Source: Patescibacteria group bacterium
GTDB lineage: Bacteria > Patescibacteriota > Microgenomatia > UBA1406
Reading direction: 5' to 3'
Assembly (NCBI GenBank): GCA_041665145.1
Contig: JBAYJK010000001.1
Span: forward strand, 293,629-357,628
DNA: 64,000 nucleotides
A program made the translations under genes and the position numbers. Numbering within the stretch: the first letter of the stretch is position 1; each line of letters opens with the position of its first letter. The notes under the pieces are model-generated. The model was not told the origin of the DNA. It saw only the letters and a program-made list of their open reading frames with translations, and searched no databases. Shown in pieces: positions 47,082 through 55,821 of this stretch.

Positions 47082-48105
47082 GCTTAAATTTAAGTTTACT
47101 AAACGCAGTAATAAATCCCACTAAAGAAACTGCCTCAATAAAAAATTGAATATAACTGAAAAGCATATATTTAAGATGTTTGTTAGTTAGGCTCCGTACT
47201 ACCCACCAAGAGTAAAAAATAGGTGGTAGTAAGGTTATGGTCAAAAAAGCCAACGGTAAACTAAAATAAGCAACTATTGTTGTTATGGTAATTATGGCTA
47301 GAGGAAAAGGAAATATAGGTGGTATCTTTTTTTCCAACAAATATTTTTTAAACACGTCTTCACTTCTGAAATAAGTTTTTTGAACCAGAACCACTAGTGA
47401 ATTTGTGTATGTTGTTGTAACAATGGCCATTGGGTTACAAATAATTTTTTTGTTTGTGTACACCGAGCTAAGTCTTGTACACAGCATACTGTCTTCTGAA
47501 GTTCGAAGTTCTTTATTAAACCCTCCAACTTTTTTTATAAAACCCGTTCTAAAAGAAGCATTTGCGGTGTATATTTCCCGCACTTCGTAAGACCTGTTTG
47601 TCTCGCTGTTATTCGAGTACATAGAAAAAAAATAGATGAGAAATCTATAAGCCAAACTCCTAGAATTGTCATATTTCAGCTCTGCAGGATTCCCGTATCG
47701 CATACAAGTTAGGTAGTCTTGGGTTAAGGTTCTGTGAGAGGATGAATTTACAATTCCTCCAACTGCCATAATTTCTTTAGATTTGTAAGGTTCAATGAGT
47801 TTGCTCAGCCAATCACTTCTTGCGACACAATCATCGTCAATGTATGCAACTATCTCACCCCTAGCCAGATCTAAACCAGAGTTTCTCGCGGAAGAGATAC
47901 CCTTGTTCACCCCATGAATAATCAGTTTTACTGGGAGAGCTGTCACTAATTTTCTAGTGTTGTCAGTTGATCCATCATCTACTACAATAATTTCATAATT
48001 GTTTTTTGGGTAACTCTGTTTCGCTAACGACTCGAGTGTTTGAACTATTGTCTTTTCTCCGTTAAAGGTGCAGACCACAACACTAACTCGAATTTTATTT
48101 TGCAT
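47074..48105 (-). CDS. GT2-family glycosyltransferase with C-terminal TM helices
   Basis: VSVVVCTFNGEKT...IVVDDGSTDNT...YIDDDCV motifs. Confidence 0.75.
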   Translation of the reverse strand: MQNKIRVSVVVCTFNGEKTIVQTLESLAKQSYPKNNYEIIVVDDGSTDNTRKLVTALPVKLIIHGVNKGISSARNSGLDLARGEIVAYIDDDCVARSDWLSKLIEPYKSKEIMAVGGIVNSSSHRTLTQDYLTCMRYGNPAELKYDNSRSLAYRFLIYFFSMYSNNSETNRSYEVREIYTANASFRTGFIKKVGGFNKELRTSEDSMLCTRLSSVYTNKKIICNPMAIVTTTYTNSLVVLVQKTYFRSEDVFKKYLLEKKIPPIFPFPLAIITITTIVAYFSLPLAFLTITLLPPIFYSWWVVRSLTNKHLKYMLFSYIQFFIEAVSLVGFITAFSKLKFKHE

Positions 48106-49009
48106 AGTAACTGCTTAATTTAAAAAATCCAATTAATCGCCCCATAAAAAATGATAGCAATAAAACAGTGTTTACCAAGACAGCTCCTATGAAATTAGGA
48201 GGCTTATCTTGTAAAAATTTTGCTGAGAGATGAAGGTAGGAAGTTAAAATCAAATAAGCAGTAGCTAGTGGCACAAAAATAGGGAAGCTGATCGAAGAAA
48301 TCAGCGATAGCATAAAAATGAAGAAAGCAATATCTGGTTTTCTAATGTTACGGAATTTTATAAGCAGCCGTGTCGAGCCTATTCCGCTTTGGAATAACCA
48401 CTCGAGAGATTGAACAAATGATTTGTTTTCCTCATGTGCAACTATAAGCGTACTTATGGAATATAGTTTCAATCCCAATTTCTCAGCTCTCCAACTGAAA
48501 TCTACATCTTCACCATCGGACACATTTTTAAACCCAAGTTTGCTAAATACTTCTTTTTTAGCCATACAGTTACTTCCGGTGATGGCTGTGGTGTGTGTAG
48601 CTTTTTTTGGTACTAGCTCAAATTTTTTGTAGACAAAGCTAACGTCACCATCGGGGATAGCGATTCCGCCGACAATATCATGTTGTTTTAAGTCTTCTAA
48701 ACAGGTTTCGGCCCAATGGGGTGGAAGAATAATATCGCTGTCCACAAAGGCGATATGTTTTCCTAGTGCAAGGTCAATCCCTTTTTGACGGGCGTAACCT
48801 CTACCTTTGTTACTAGATAGGGATAGAAGCTTAATTGATTTTTTATCCTTCTGAAGTGTTTTGACAACCCCTGCTGTGTTGTCTGTCGAACCGTCATCAA
48901 CCACCAAAATCTCATAATCTTTTATGCCTTTCTGCGATTCCACAGATCGTATTGCGTTAGATACTGTTGACTCTTCGTTGTGCGCAATAATTACATATGT
49001 TATTTCCAT
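48095..49009 (-). CDS. GT2-family glycosyltransferase with C-terminal TM helices
   Basis: The start is trimmed to ATG 49009 (MEITYVIIAHNEE...). LVVDDGSTDNT...FVDSDI...GEDVDFSWR. Confidence 0.75.
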   Translation of the reverse strand: MEITYVIIAHNEESTVSNAIRSVESQKGIKDYEILVVDDGSTDNTAGVVKTLQKDKKSIKLLSLSSNKGRGYARQKGIDLALGKHIAFVDSDIILPPHWAETCLEDLKQHDIVGGIAIPDGDVSFVYKKFELVPKKATHTTAITGSNCMAKKEVFSKLGFKNVSDGEDVDFSWRAEKLGLKLYSISTLIVAHEENKSFVQSLEWLFQSGIGSTRLLIKFRNIRKPDIAFFIFMLSLISSISFPIFVPLATAYLILTSYLHLSAKFLQDKPPNFIGAVLVNTVLLLSFFMGRLIGFFKLSSYYAK

Positions 49010-50154
49010 TGATATTCTTTCAATAAACTTTCGCAAGCATTAGTAAGCAAATCAGCATCGCGCTTTAATTTCAATTCTTGTTTTCCGAACAAGAAATTTG
49101 TTATGGCTTTTGAGAGCAACTTTGCGTCCAATTTAACTACGTAATTCCAATCAGAATTTCTTGCTGTGTTACGGGCCCCATTATCTTTTTCATCTACTGT
49201 AATAACAGGAATTCCGCATGCGTTGGCCTCTAAAACCACGAGCCCAAAGCCTTCTCGGGAGGATGGTAACACGAAAACTTTCGAAGATTTTATCAGGGAA
49301 TAGAGATCATCATGGTTTGGAAAAAAGTTTTTGAAGACTATATTAGTCTCGAGTCGAAGGTCGCGCGTCAACTTGTCAAGACGTTCTTTTTCCGGCCCTT
49401 CTCCGACGATAATACATTTTACGTTGGGCTTGGTTTTTTTGACTTCGGCAATGGCCTTAATTAAAATGTCTACGTTTTTGTGTTTAAGTAACCTGCCGGC
49501 GAATATGATGTCGCTTTTTTCTTTGGAAGGTTTTACTTTCAATATATGATCATAGTCAATAGTGTTCGAAATGGTGCTAATCGGTTTTTTCATATGCAGT
49601 TCATTTACCAGTTTGTCCGTAGTGTGTTGTGAAATAGAGATTACTTTATCCGGAAAATACGTACTTATTTTTTCAACTAAGTATGCAAGAAATCCTTTAA
49701 CCGGTCCGGAATATTCTTGCCAGTACGTAAGTCCCCAAACTTCGTTCCACGTTACTATCATCTTTCTGCCTTTTACCAAACAAACCAGTTTTGTGAAAAT
49801 ATGTGGAAAGTAGGGCATTTGGTCGACGTCTATAACGTCCCAATCTTCACGAATAAGTTTTAAACAGCTTAGTCCGAAAAAAATCGCTTGTTTAATCGAC
49901 CGCCGTTCTCCGGAATACAGCGGATAGTAAGGAGAAATCGCATGTAACGTGACTCCGTTTTCAACTCGAATGTTCCTCGACTCGTGACTCGTGACTCGTG
50001 ACTTTTGACTCTTGTCTTGATCCCACCAACGCATGCAATATATATACACATCATGTCCCATTGCGGCCAAGCGGGTAGAGATATCGAATAACCTTTTTTC
50101 TTTTCCGCCTTTATTATAGGGGTATATGGCGTCGGTTACGTAAGCAATTCTCAT
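49000..50154 (-). CDS. GT4-family glycosyltransferase containing an internal heptanucleotide repeat
   Basis: The start is trimmed to ATG 50154 (MRIAYVTDAIYPYNKGG...). LPSSREGFGLVVLEANACGIPVI, an E-x7-E region. The start overlaps the upstream stop as ATGA. Confidence 0.75.
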   Translation of the reverse strand: MRIAYVTDAIYPYNKGGKEKRLFDISTRLAAMGHDVYIYCMRWWDQDKSQKSRVTSHESRNIRVENGVTLHAISPYYPLYSGERRSIKQAIFFGLSCLKLIREDWDVIDVDQMPYFPHIFTKLVCLVKGRKMIVTWNEVWGLTYWQEYSGPVKGFLAYLVEKISTYFPDKVISISQHTTDKLVNELHMKKPISTISNTIDYDHILKVKPSKEKSDIIFAGRLLKHKNVDILIKAIAEVKKTKPNVKCIIVGEGPEKERLDKLTRDLRLETNIVFKNFFPNHDDLYSLIKSSKVFVLPSSREGFGLVVLEANACGIPVITVDEKDNGARNTARNSDWNYVVKLDAKLLSKAITNFLFGKQELKLKRDADLLTNACESLLKEYQWK

Positions 50155-50861
50155 AATACCTTCGGCCTCCAACTCAGATTTCTGACGAACGTCCGCAGAA
50201 TTTTGAAACCGTCTCGCCACGAGTTTAACTTAGAATGTCCTAACCGCCGGTCATAGGTTATGGGCACAGAATATAGATGAAAACCGTGTTTTTTAACCTT
50301 TGTGAAAAACTCCATTTCTATGGTAAAGTCATTTCCTGTAAGGTGCTTGAGCAGTTTGTCTACGACTGTTTTTTTCATCGCGATAAAACCGGTGAGCGCA
50401 TCCGTAATGTTCGCCTGGTAGATGTGCCGCATCATAAAGGCAAAGAGCCAGTTGGCGAACCGGTGGGAAAAAGTGAGTGAACCGCGGATAAGCTTTCCGC
50501 TCATCCGGGAACCGGCGATTACGTCTGCAAACCCACTCTCCAATGGTTCTATTAACCGTGGGATTTCTTTCGGCTTATATGTGTCGTCGGCGTCTATTAT
50601 CACCACGTAATCCATATCTTCTGCCAAAGAAGCCAAACCGGTGCGAAGCGCATAACCTTTGCCCCGTTTTTTTTCGCGGACTATCTCAACTTTTTTAGAT
50701 TTTACAACTCCATGTGTATTGTCTGTAGAGCCGTTATCAACGACTATCACCCTGGTTTCAAATCCAAGCTGTGCTAATCGCTTGTATGGTATGCCATCAA
50801 GCACCTGGCCGATGCCGCGCTCCTCATTTAAAGCGGGAATGATGACGGTTATTTTCTTCAT
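50151..50861 (-). CDS. GT2-family polyprenol-phosphate sugar synthase-like glycosyltransferase
   Basis: The start is trimmed to MKKITVIIPALNEERGIGQV... VVDNGSTDNT...IIDADDTY, a DPM1-like layout. The ORF-track N-terminal extension MSFEFIKNN is repeat-encoded. Confidence 0.7.
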   Translation of the reverse strand: MKKITVIIPALNEERGIGQVLDGIPYKRLAQLGFETRVIVVDNGSTDNTHGVVKSKKVEIVREKKRGKGYALRTGLASLAEDMDYVVIIDADDTYKPKEIPRLIEPLESGFADVIAGSRMSGKLIRGSLTFSHRFANWLFAFMMRHIYQANITDALTGFIAMKKTVVDKLLKHLTGNDFTIEMEFFTKVKKHGFHLYSVPITYDRRLGHSKLNSWRDGFKILRTFVRNLSWRPKVL

Positions 50862-50873
50862 ATTATTTTTTAT

Positions 50874-50989
50874 AAATTCAAAGCTCAAATGACAACCTTC
50901 AATTGAAATTCAAAATTCAAGCTTCAAAATAGTTTTGAATTTTAGATTTTGAATTTGATTTGTCATTTGTATATTTGATTTTTGAATTT
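50874..50989. repeat. AT-rich inverted-repeat hairpin element, gene-less form (copy F; coordinates +/-2)
   Basis: AAATTCAAAGCTCAAATGACAACCTTCAATTGAAATTCAAAATTCAAGC...TGATTTGTCATTTGTATATTTGATTTTTGAATTT. It abuts the stop codon of 50990..51445. Confidence 0.8.
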
Positions 50990-51445
50990 TTATTCTTTCA
51001 CTCCATTCAGCCAGAAGTGTATCGTTTGTTTTTTATTAACCAGGTTTACCTCCACTTTTACCCGATCATGGTTTTCACCAATAGAGTAGGTTATTTTTTT
51101 GGTTATGTACGCGTCATGTATAAGCACAAACGTGCCGGTTTGCAAAACCTGTTGGTAACCGTCCGCGCCAGTTGCTTTAACCGTATACGGGTATTCCATG
51201 TCAGTGTATTCTAGGTTATGTACGGTAAATTTGAACGTTTGTTCTTCTTCCGGGATTATTCGGGTAGGTAATTTAAGGTGGTCTTCAAAATAAAGCTCCG
51301 TAAACGTTTCGGGTAAGGGAACCAATTTCCAGACTTTTAGCTGTTCATAGATGGCGTCCTGCTTGACATAGAGCGCCACAGCAAACATTGTGATGAATAT
51401 AAACGTCAGAATTAACACCAGTTTTTGTAACCACGGTTTTACCAT
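50990..51445 (-). CDS. membrane-anchored hypothetical protein
   Basis: The start is trimmed to MVKPWLQKLVLILTFIFITMFAVALYV (N-terminal TM anchor), followed by a beta-rich ectodomain. No family recognised. Confidence 0.4.
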   Translation of the reverse strand: MVKPWLQKLVLILTFIFITMFAVALYVKQDAIYEQLKVWKLVPLPETFTELYFEDHLKLPTRIIPEEEQTFKFTVHNLEYTDMEYPYTVKATGADGYQQVLQTGTFVLIHDAYITKKITYSIGENHDRVKVEVNLVNKKQTIHFWLNGVKE

Positions 51446-51514
51446 AAGGCAGGATTTGTAACTTACAGCACAATTATACTGGAAATAGCCTAGAATTAGC
51501 AAGCGAACAAGGGT

Positions 51515-51694
51515 AAATTCAAAGCTCAAATGACAACCTTCAATTGAAATTCAAAATCTGAATGTCACCCCCGGAACAAAGTACCGGGGATCCAGATTCC
51601 ATCCCTGGATTCCCGACTGGATCGGGAATGACACCTTTTGGAGTTTTGAATTTTGAGTTTCATTTGTAGATTTGTCCATTTGAATTTTGAATTT
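51515..51694. repeat. composite repeat: AT-rich hairpin element (copy G) with a GC-rich triple-hairpin element nested at its centre (51563..51633)
   Basis: AAATTCAAAGCTCAAATGACAACCTTCAATTGAAATTCAAAATCTGAA [TGTCACCCCCGGAACAAAGTACCGGGGATCCAGATTCCATCCCTGGATTCCCGACTGGATCGGGAATGACA] CCTTTTGGAGTTTTGAATTTTGAGTTTCATTTGTAGATTTGTCCATTTGAATTTTGAATTT. Confidence 0.8.
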
Positions 51695-51717
51695 AAGAAA
51701 AATATATAATAGAACCA

Positions 51718-53274
51718 ATGTCTCCAAACCGTTCCAATAAAAAACTTCTCTTCTTCCTCATTTTCGCCACCATAGTTTTGGGAGTAACCAACGTGTATTT
51801 GTTTGTGGACCGGTATGTTACGGCTAAAAACGAAGCTGTTCGAAAGGAAAACGAGCGCAAAGCGATTCTCGAAGGCATGTCTGCTGTGCCGACACAGGTA
51901 ACTGTGGATTTGTCCAAAAAAACCGTCACTGGCTCTCCTTTGATCTTCGGAGGTTCCAGTTTTCCAGACCAATTACACACTGGAGTAATGGATAAACTGA
52001 AAGCTGTTGGTGTAACGAATATTCGAAAGGACTTTTTTTTGGAATACACCTCTCCAGCTGGAATAACCTTGGACAGCTATAGAAGAAACGATAACAATAT
52101 TCAAGATATAGCCAATTGGAGGACAAAAGATATTGGTTGGGCGAATACGAATTTCGTGTCAGCCAAAAGTCGAGGAATGAAGATGATGGGAATAGTAACG
52201 TATGCTCCAAAATGGCTGACACATTCAGGTAATGAGCATGGAGTTCCAAAAGATTGGGGAGTATATGAGGATATTGTAAAAAAACTATATAAGCACTATA
52301 GAGACAATTTGGATTATCTTGAAATGTGGAATGAGCCAACATACAAATATTTTTTGGATCCAGCGGGTAGCGGGTTAACTCGGGAAGAGGCGTATCTACA
52401 AATATTTCTGCATGCATCTAAAGCTATTCGAGAAGTAGATAGTGAGATAAATGATGGAAAGAAAATTCCCGTTGGTGGTTTTGTAGCTCACACTCCCACG
52501 GAAACAGGATTGCTTGAATACCTTATGCAAAACGAAGAATTTAGAAAGTCTATTAATTTTATCAGCTACCACAATTACGAACATGTGCCGGAACCATCAT
52601 GGACGGCATACAAAACGATACTTGCAAAATACGGAATGCAAAATTTACCTGTTTTTTTGACGGAATGGAATTATTCTCCAGGCTTTAAAGAATACAATTC
52701 CAAACTAGTCGGTGATGAAGCAGTAACGTACACAGGAGATAAACTAACTAGCTTTTTGAACATGGGCCTTGCCGGGGCAAACTATTTTGCCCTTATTGCA
52801 GAAGATGCCAAATTTACCACACCATGGAGCGGATACTTGGCTTTTTATAAATGGGAAAATGGGAAAGCGACATTACTTCCTCAAGCAAAAACGTGGAGGC
52901 TGATGAGTGTTAGCCTTGCTCTCGGGAAAGGGAAAAGCCAAGTATATGAGACAAGCTATAAAGACAAAGAAATTAACGCTGCCGGGTTTACAAACGTAAA
53001 GGGCCAAAAAGGTACGGTGCTCGTGAACAAGGGAACCACTGGCAAATTGGTAAACGTTTCTTTTAAAAACTTAGGTGCCCCGAAACATGTAATTATCGAA
53101 GAATTTATTGCCGATCCCGATCATGACGGAGGGACTGCAGTGCGGAAAGAGTACGTGGATGAACCCGGAGAAGCGTTGAACTTTACCATGTATGTGCCGG
53201 CGCAGAGCGTGGTTGGTGTTTTGTTGTCGGATACAAGTAAGATGCAGGAAATACTCAAGCTATTCTTCAAATAG
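51718..53274 (+). CDS. membrane-anchored clan GH-A glycoside hydrolase-like protein
   Basis: N-terminal TM anchor. LEMWNEPTY (NEP acid/base-type motif) and VFLTEWNYS (TEW nucleophile-type motif), as in GH5/GH39-like TIM-barrel enzymes. Confidence 0.5.
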   Translation: MSPNRSNKKLLFFLIFATIVLGVTNVYLFVDRYVTAKNEAVRKENERKAILEGMSAVPTQVTVDLSKKTVTGSPLIFGGSSFPDQLHTGVMDKLKAVGVTNIRKDFFLEYTSPAGITLDSYRRNDNNIQDIANWRTKDIGWANTNFVSAKSRGMKMMGIVTYAPKWLTHSGNEHGVPKDWGVYEDIVKKLYKHYRDNLDYLEMWNEPTYKYFLDPAGSGLTREEAYLQIFLHASKAIREVDSEINDGKKIPVGGFVAHTPTETGLLEYLMQNEEFRKSINFISYHNYEHVPEPSWTAYKTILAKYGMQNLPVFLTEWNYSPGFKEYNSKLVGDEAVTYTGDKLTSFLNMGLAGANYFALIAEDAKFTTPWSGYLAFYKWENGKATLLPQAKTWRLMSVSLALGKGKSQVYETSYKDKEINAAGFTNVKGQKGTVLVNKGTTGKLVNVSFKNLGAPKHVIIEEFIADPDHDGGTAVRKEYVDEPGEALNFTMYVPAQSVVGVLLSDTSKMQEILKLFFK

Positions 53275-53750
53275 AAATTCAAAATTCAAATCTACAACCC
53301 TCAATTGAAATTCAAATGACAGCCTTCAATTGAAATCTAAAATTCAAAATTCAAAGAATCATTTCTTGTTAATGGCACCGAAAATGAGTGAAAGTTCTTT
53401 GGCTTCCTGAAGAAGCTTCAGAATAAACGATTTCTGAGTTCCGTCGGCAAATTCAATCATTCGCAACCAATGAATTGTTTCTTTCGACTCTTTTTTGCAG
53501 ATACTTATTTTTGCATGGAAATCTTTTTTTGAATCGGCGCCATTAGCTTCCATGTAATTGGCGCCCACACTTGTTGCAGATCTGATAATCTGCGAAATCA
53601 ACGGTGCAGTGACAATAGTTTTCTTTACATTGTTACAAAGAGTGATTACTTGAGTACCGAATACGCTTGTCCGTTCTTCCAGATCGTATATTTTCTCTCC
53701 ATTTGAATTTTGTGCTTGATTTGTCATTTGTAGATTTGAAGGTTGAGTTT
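53274..53750. repeat. 477-bp inverted-repeat-bounded unit enclosing a four-helix-bundle gene (long form, copy 2)
   Basis: It has the same length and layout as 38918..39394. The left arms match at 81 of 85 nt and the right arms at 22 of 23 nt by hand alignment. Confidence 0.75.
53359..53727 (-). CDS. four-helix-bundle protein (23S rRNA intervening-sequence protein family), paralog
   Basis: 122 aa. It differs from the 39003..39371 product at about 19 positions and shares the SQIIRSATSVGANYMEANGADSKKDFHAKI...KETIHWLRMIEFAD core. Confidence 0.8.
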   Translation of the reverse strand: MTNQAQNSNGEKIYDLEERTSVFGTQVITLCNNVKKTIVTAPLISQIIRSATSVGANYMEANGADSKKDFHAKISICKKESKETIHWLRMIEFADGTQKSFILKLLQEAKELSLIFGAINKK

Positions 53751-53877
53751 CTAATAAGTCTTATGATTCCTGACTCCTAACTCTTGACTCATATATAGTT
53801 TCCCTCGCTTCTCTCGGGAAATCAACGGTTTATACACCTCAATACTCATACTATAGGTTTATTTGATATAATACCAT

Positions 53878-54720
53878 ATGTCAATTTCTGTTGATCACCC
53901 ACGGTTCGTAGCCGATTTAAGTCGCAAAGTAGCTCGTCCCGAAGATTATGTTCGGGAATCTGTTGGAGACACAACATTGATCGGGATATCCCATATACCT
54001 ATCACAGATAAACGCTCTACGGCAATTGTGCAATTATTACGAGAAGCAAAAACTCATGCCCATCTTATTTTAGAAATACCTGATCACCAAATAGCCCGGG
54101 CAAACCCAAATGGCTTAGAGGCGCTTATGGCCAGAGAATTTAGACGTTTGGGAAAAGGCTCCTCAATACATTCGCTTGAACCCCGTATGGACTTGGGATT
54201 TTACCAGAATGTGTATGGCTTTCCTGCAATACTCTATATTGCCTGTGTGGCATTTGGAAATCTGATAAACAGCAAATCTGCATTACAATATCCGCTTGAC
54301 ACGGCAAAGACTATAAGACAATTATTTTTGGATATTGAGTCTGCCGGAAATGTTCCGGTCGAAGTTATAACAACAGCACTCGCCCGGAAGCTTCGGATAC
54401 TCAAAATGTCGCCCGGAGGAGAGTTGTATAAGGCAATGTTTCAGGCAGTGAACGTTGCCAGTCAATATGCAGGTTACCTCAGAGAATATGAAGTGCTTGG
54501 ACCGACATTTAATAGGCTCACAGAACTTCTAAACGGCATGAAACTGGCTGTTGTGGGGAGTGCACATATTCCGGCTTTTCATAAAGCTTTAGCAAAAGAA
54601 CCATTTGATCGCCCGATGAATTGGCAGGTATTTCTAAGTGAGATAGCCGGACCGGTGTATGCCGGATATGTAGCAAAATTTCAAGCTATTCTCGAGGAAG
54701 AAATGCAAAAACTAGCATGA
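53878..54720 (+). CDS. TraB/GumN-like family protein (tentative)
   Basis: Two GxxH-type blocks spaced as in TraB/PrgY/GumN proteins: TLIGISHIPITDKRS near the N-terminus and LAVVGSAHIPAFHKAL near the C-terminus. TGATATAAT lies 5 nt upstream of the ATG. Confidence 0.4.
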   Translation: MSISVDHPRFVADLSRKVARPEDYVRESVGDTTLIGISHIPITDKRSTAIVQLLREAKTHAHLILEIPDHQIARANPNGLEALMAREFRRLGKGSSIHSLEPRMDLGFYQNVYGFPAILYIACVAFGNLINSKSALQYPLDTAKTIRQLFLDIESAGNVPVEVITTALARKLRILKMSPGGELYKAMFQAVNVASQYAGYLREYEVLGPTFNRLTELLNGMKLAVVGSAHIPAFHKALAKEPFDRPMNWQVFLSEIAGPVYAGYVAKFQAILEEEMQKLA

Positions 54721-54777
54721 CATAAAAAGTTGTCCATATTTGATTTCTTATCTGCAGTGCGTTATAATAGTCCGTAT

Positions 54778-55680
54778 ATGACACGTGAGCGAACGCCTAA
54801 TCCTACAGACCTGCTTGCTGCTCTCAGAGACACATCCGGATATGTTGATTTTGCACGAGTAGTCGTGGCTCGAAAGATGGGTAGAGTAGAGCTTTCCGCT
54901 ATTGGAGCAGAACTTGACCAGATATTCAGAAAAGACTTGGTTATGTGTGCCCGACAAGGTATTGTAGAATCGGTTCCTTCAGGCACTCTTAATTGTGTTC
55001 CCAGGCCAAACTTATTTGATGTTTCTGTTGCCGCGGTTTTTCGGGCGCTTGATCAACTGAAAATTATGGTTCCCCTGACAGAAATACCCCACGTACAACG
55101 TGTGGAGGCAGTTATGGCTGCATTTACCCGGAGAGCTCTTCGGGAAATACGTATGACTTCACGAAATGCACAGTACATGAATCCCGGAATCGTTCTTGCC
55201 GAAGATATGCTGGATGAAGCGTCGGATGCCCGTATGGGTTTGTTGTTAGGAATAAGTGCACCTGAGCTGAGAAGAAGTTTGGTAGATCCGCATGTTGCCG
55301 AAATGAAAGATTCTGCAGCTATTCGGCAACGGGAGGATTCTATGCCTAAAGCCGGACGGAATATACAGATAGGTGAACAAATGGTTGCTACGGCGCACGA
55401 GGGCTTCAGTATGACTCAGTCGCCGCGTGATTCTCTGTATTATTGGATTGCCAGGGCACAAGCATTTGATATTCCCCTCAACGATCATGAAGTAGTATTG
55501 CTCCATGCAATTGCGCAAACAACAAATGCCCGACATACGCTTCATCAGACAATTGAGGCCAACAAGCTTTCTCCCGCGCTTGACCAACCGTCGTCCGAGG
55601 CACTTATTGCCGGTATGTCAGACTTGAATGCTCTCCACACGTGGGGAAGAGCAAGGACGGGAATTGTGACTGCTAAGTAA
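54778..55680 (+). CDS. hypothetical protein
   Basis: Long ORF with no family recognised. ATG 54778 (MTRERTPNP...) is preferred over the TTG at 54730. Confidence 0.35.
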   Translation: MTRERTPNPTDLLAALRDTSGYVDFARVVVARKMGRVELSAIGAELDQIFRKDLVMCARQGIVESVPSGTLNCVPRPNLFDVSVAAVFRALDQLKIMVPLTEIPHVQRVEAVMAAFTRRALREIRMTSRNAQYMNPGIVLAEDMLDEASDARMGLLLGISAPELRRSLVDPHVAEMKDSAAIRQREDSMPKAGRNIQIGEQMVATAHEGFSMTQSPRDSLYYWIARAQAFDIPLNDHEVVLLHAIAQTTNARHTLHQTIEANKLSPALDQPSSEALIAGMSDLNALHTWGRARTGIVTAK

Positions 55681-55785
55681 AATTCAAAGCTCAAATGACA
55701 ACCTTCAATTGAAATTCAAAGTTCAAATTTTAAATATTTAGATTTTGAATTTGATTTGTCATTTGTAGATTTGAATTTTGAATTT
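55679..55785. repeat. AT-rich inverted-repeat hairpin element, gene-less form (copy I)
   Basis: AAAATTCAAAGCTCAAATGACAACCTTCAATTGAAATTCAAAGTTCAAATTTTAAATATTTAGATTTTGAATTTGATTTGTCATTTGTAGATTTGAATTTTGAATTT. It overlaps the upstream stop codon. Confidence 0.85.
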
Positions 55786-55821
55786 AGTGTTTCTTCCCAG
55801 TACGCATACTATAGGCCGAAT

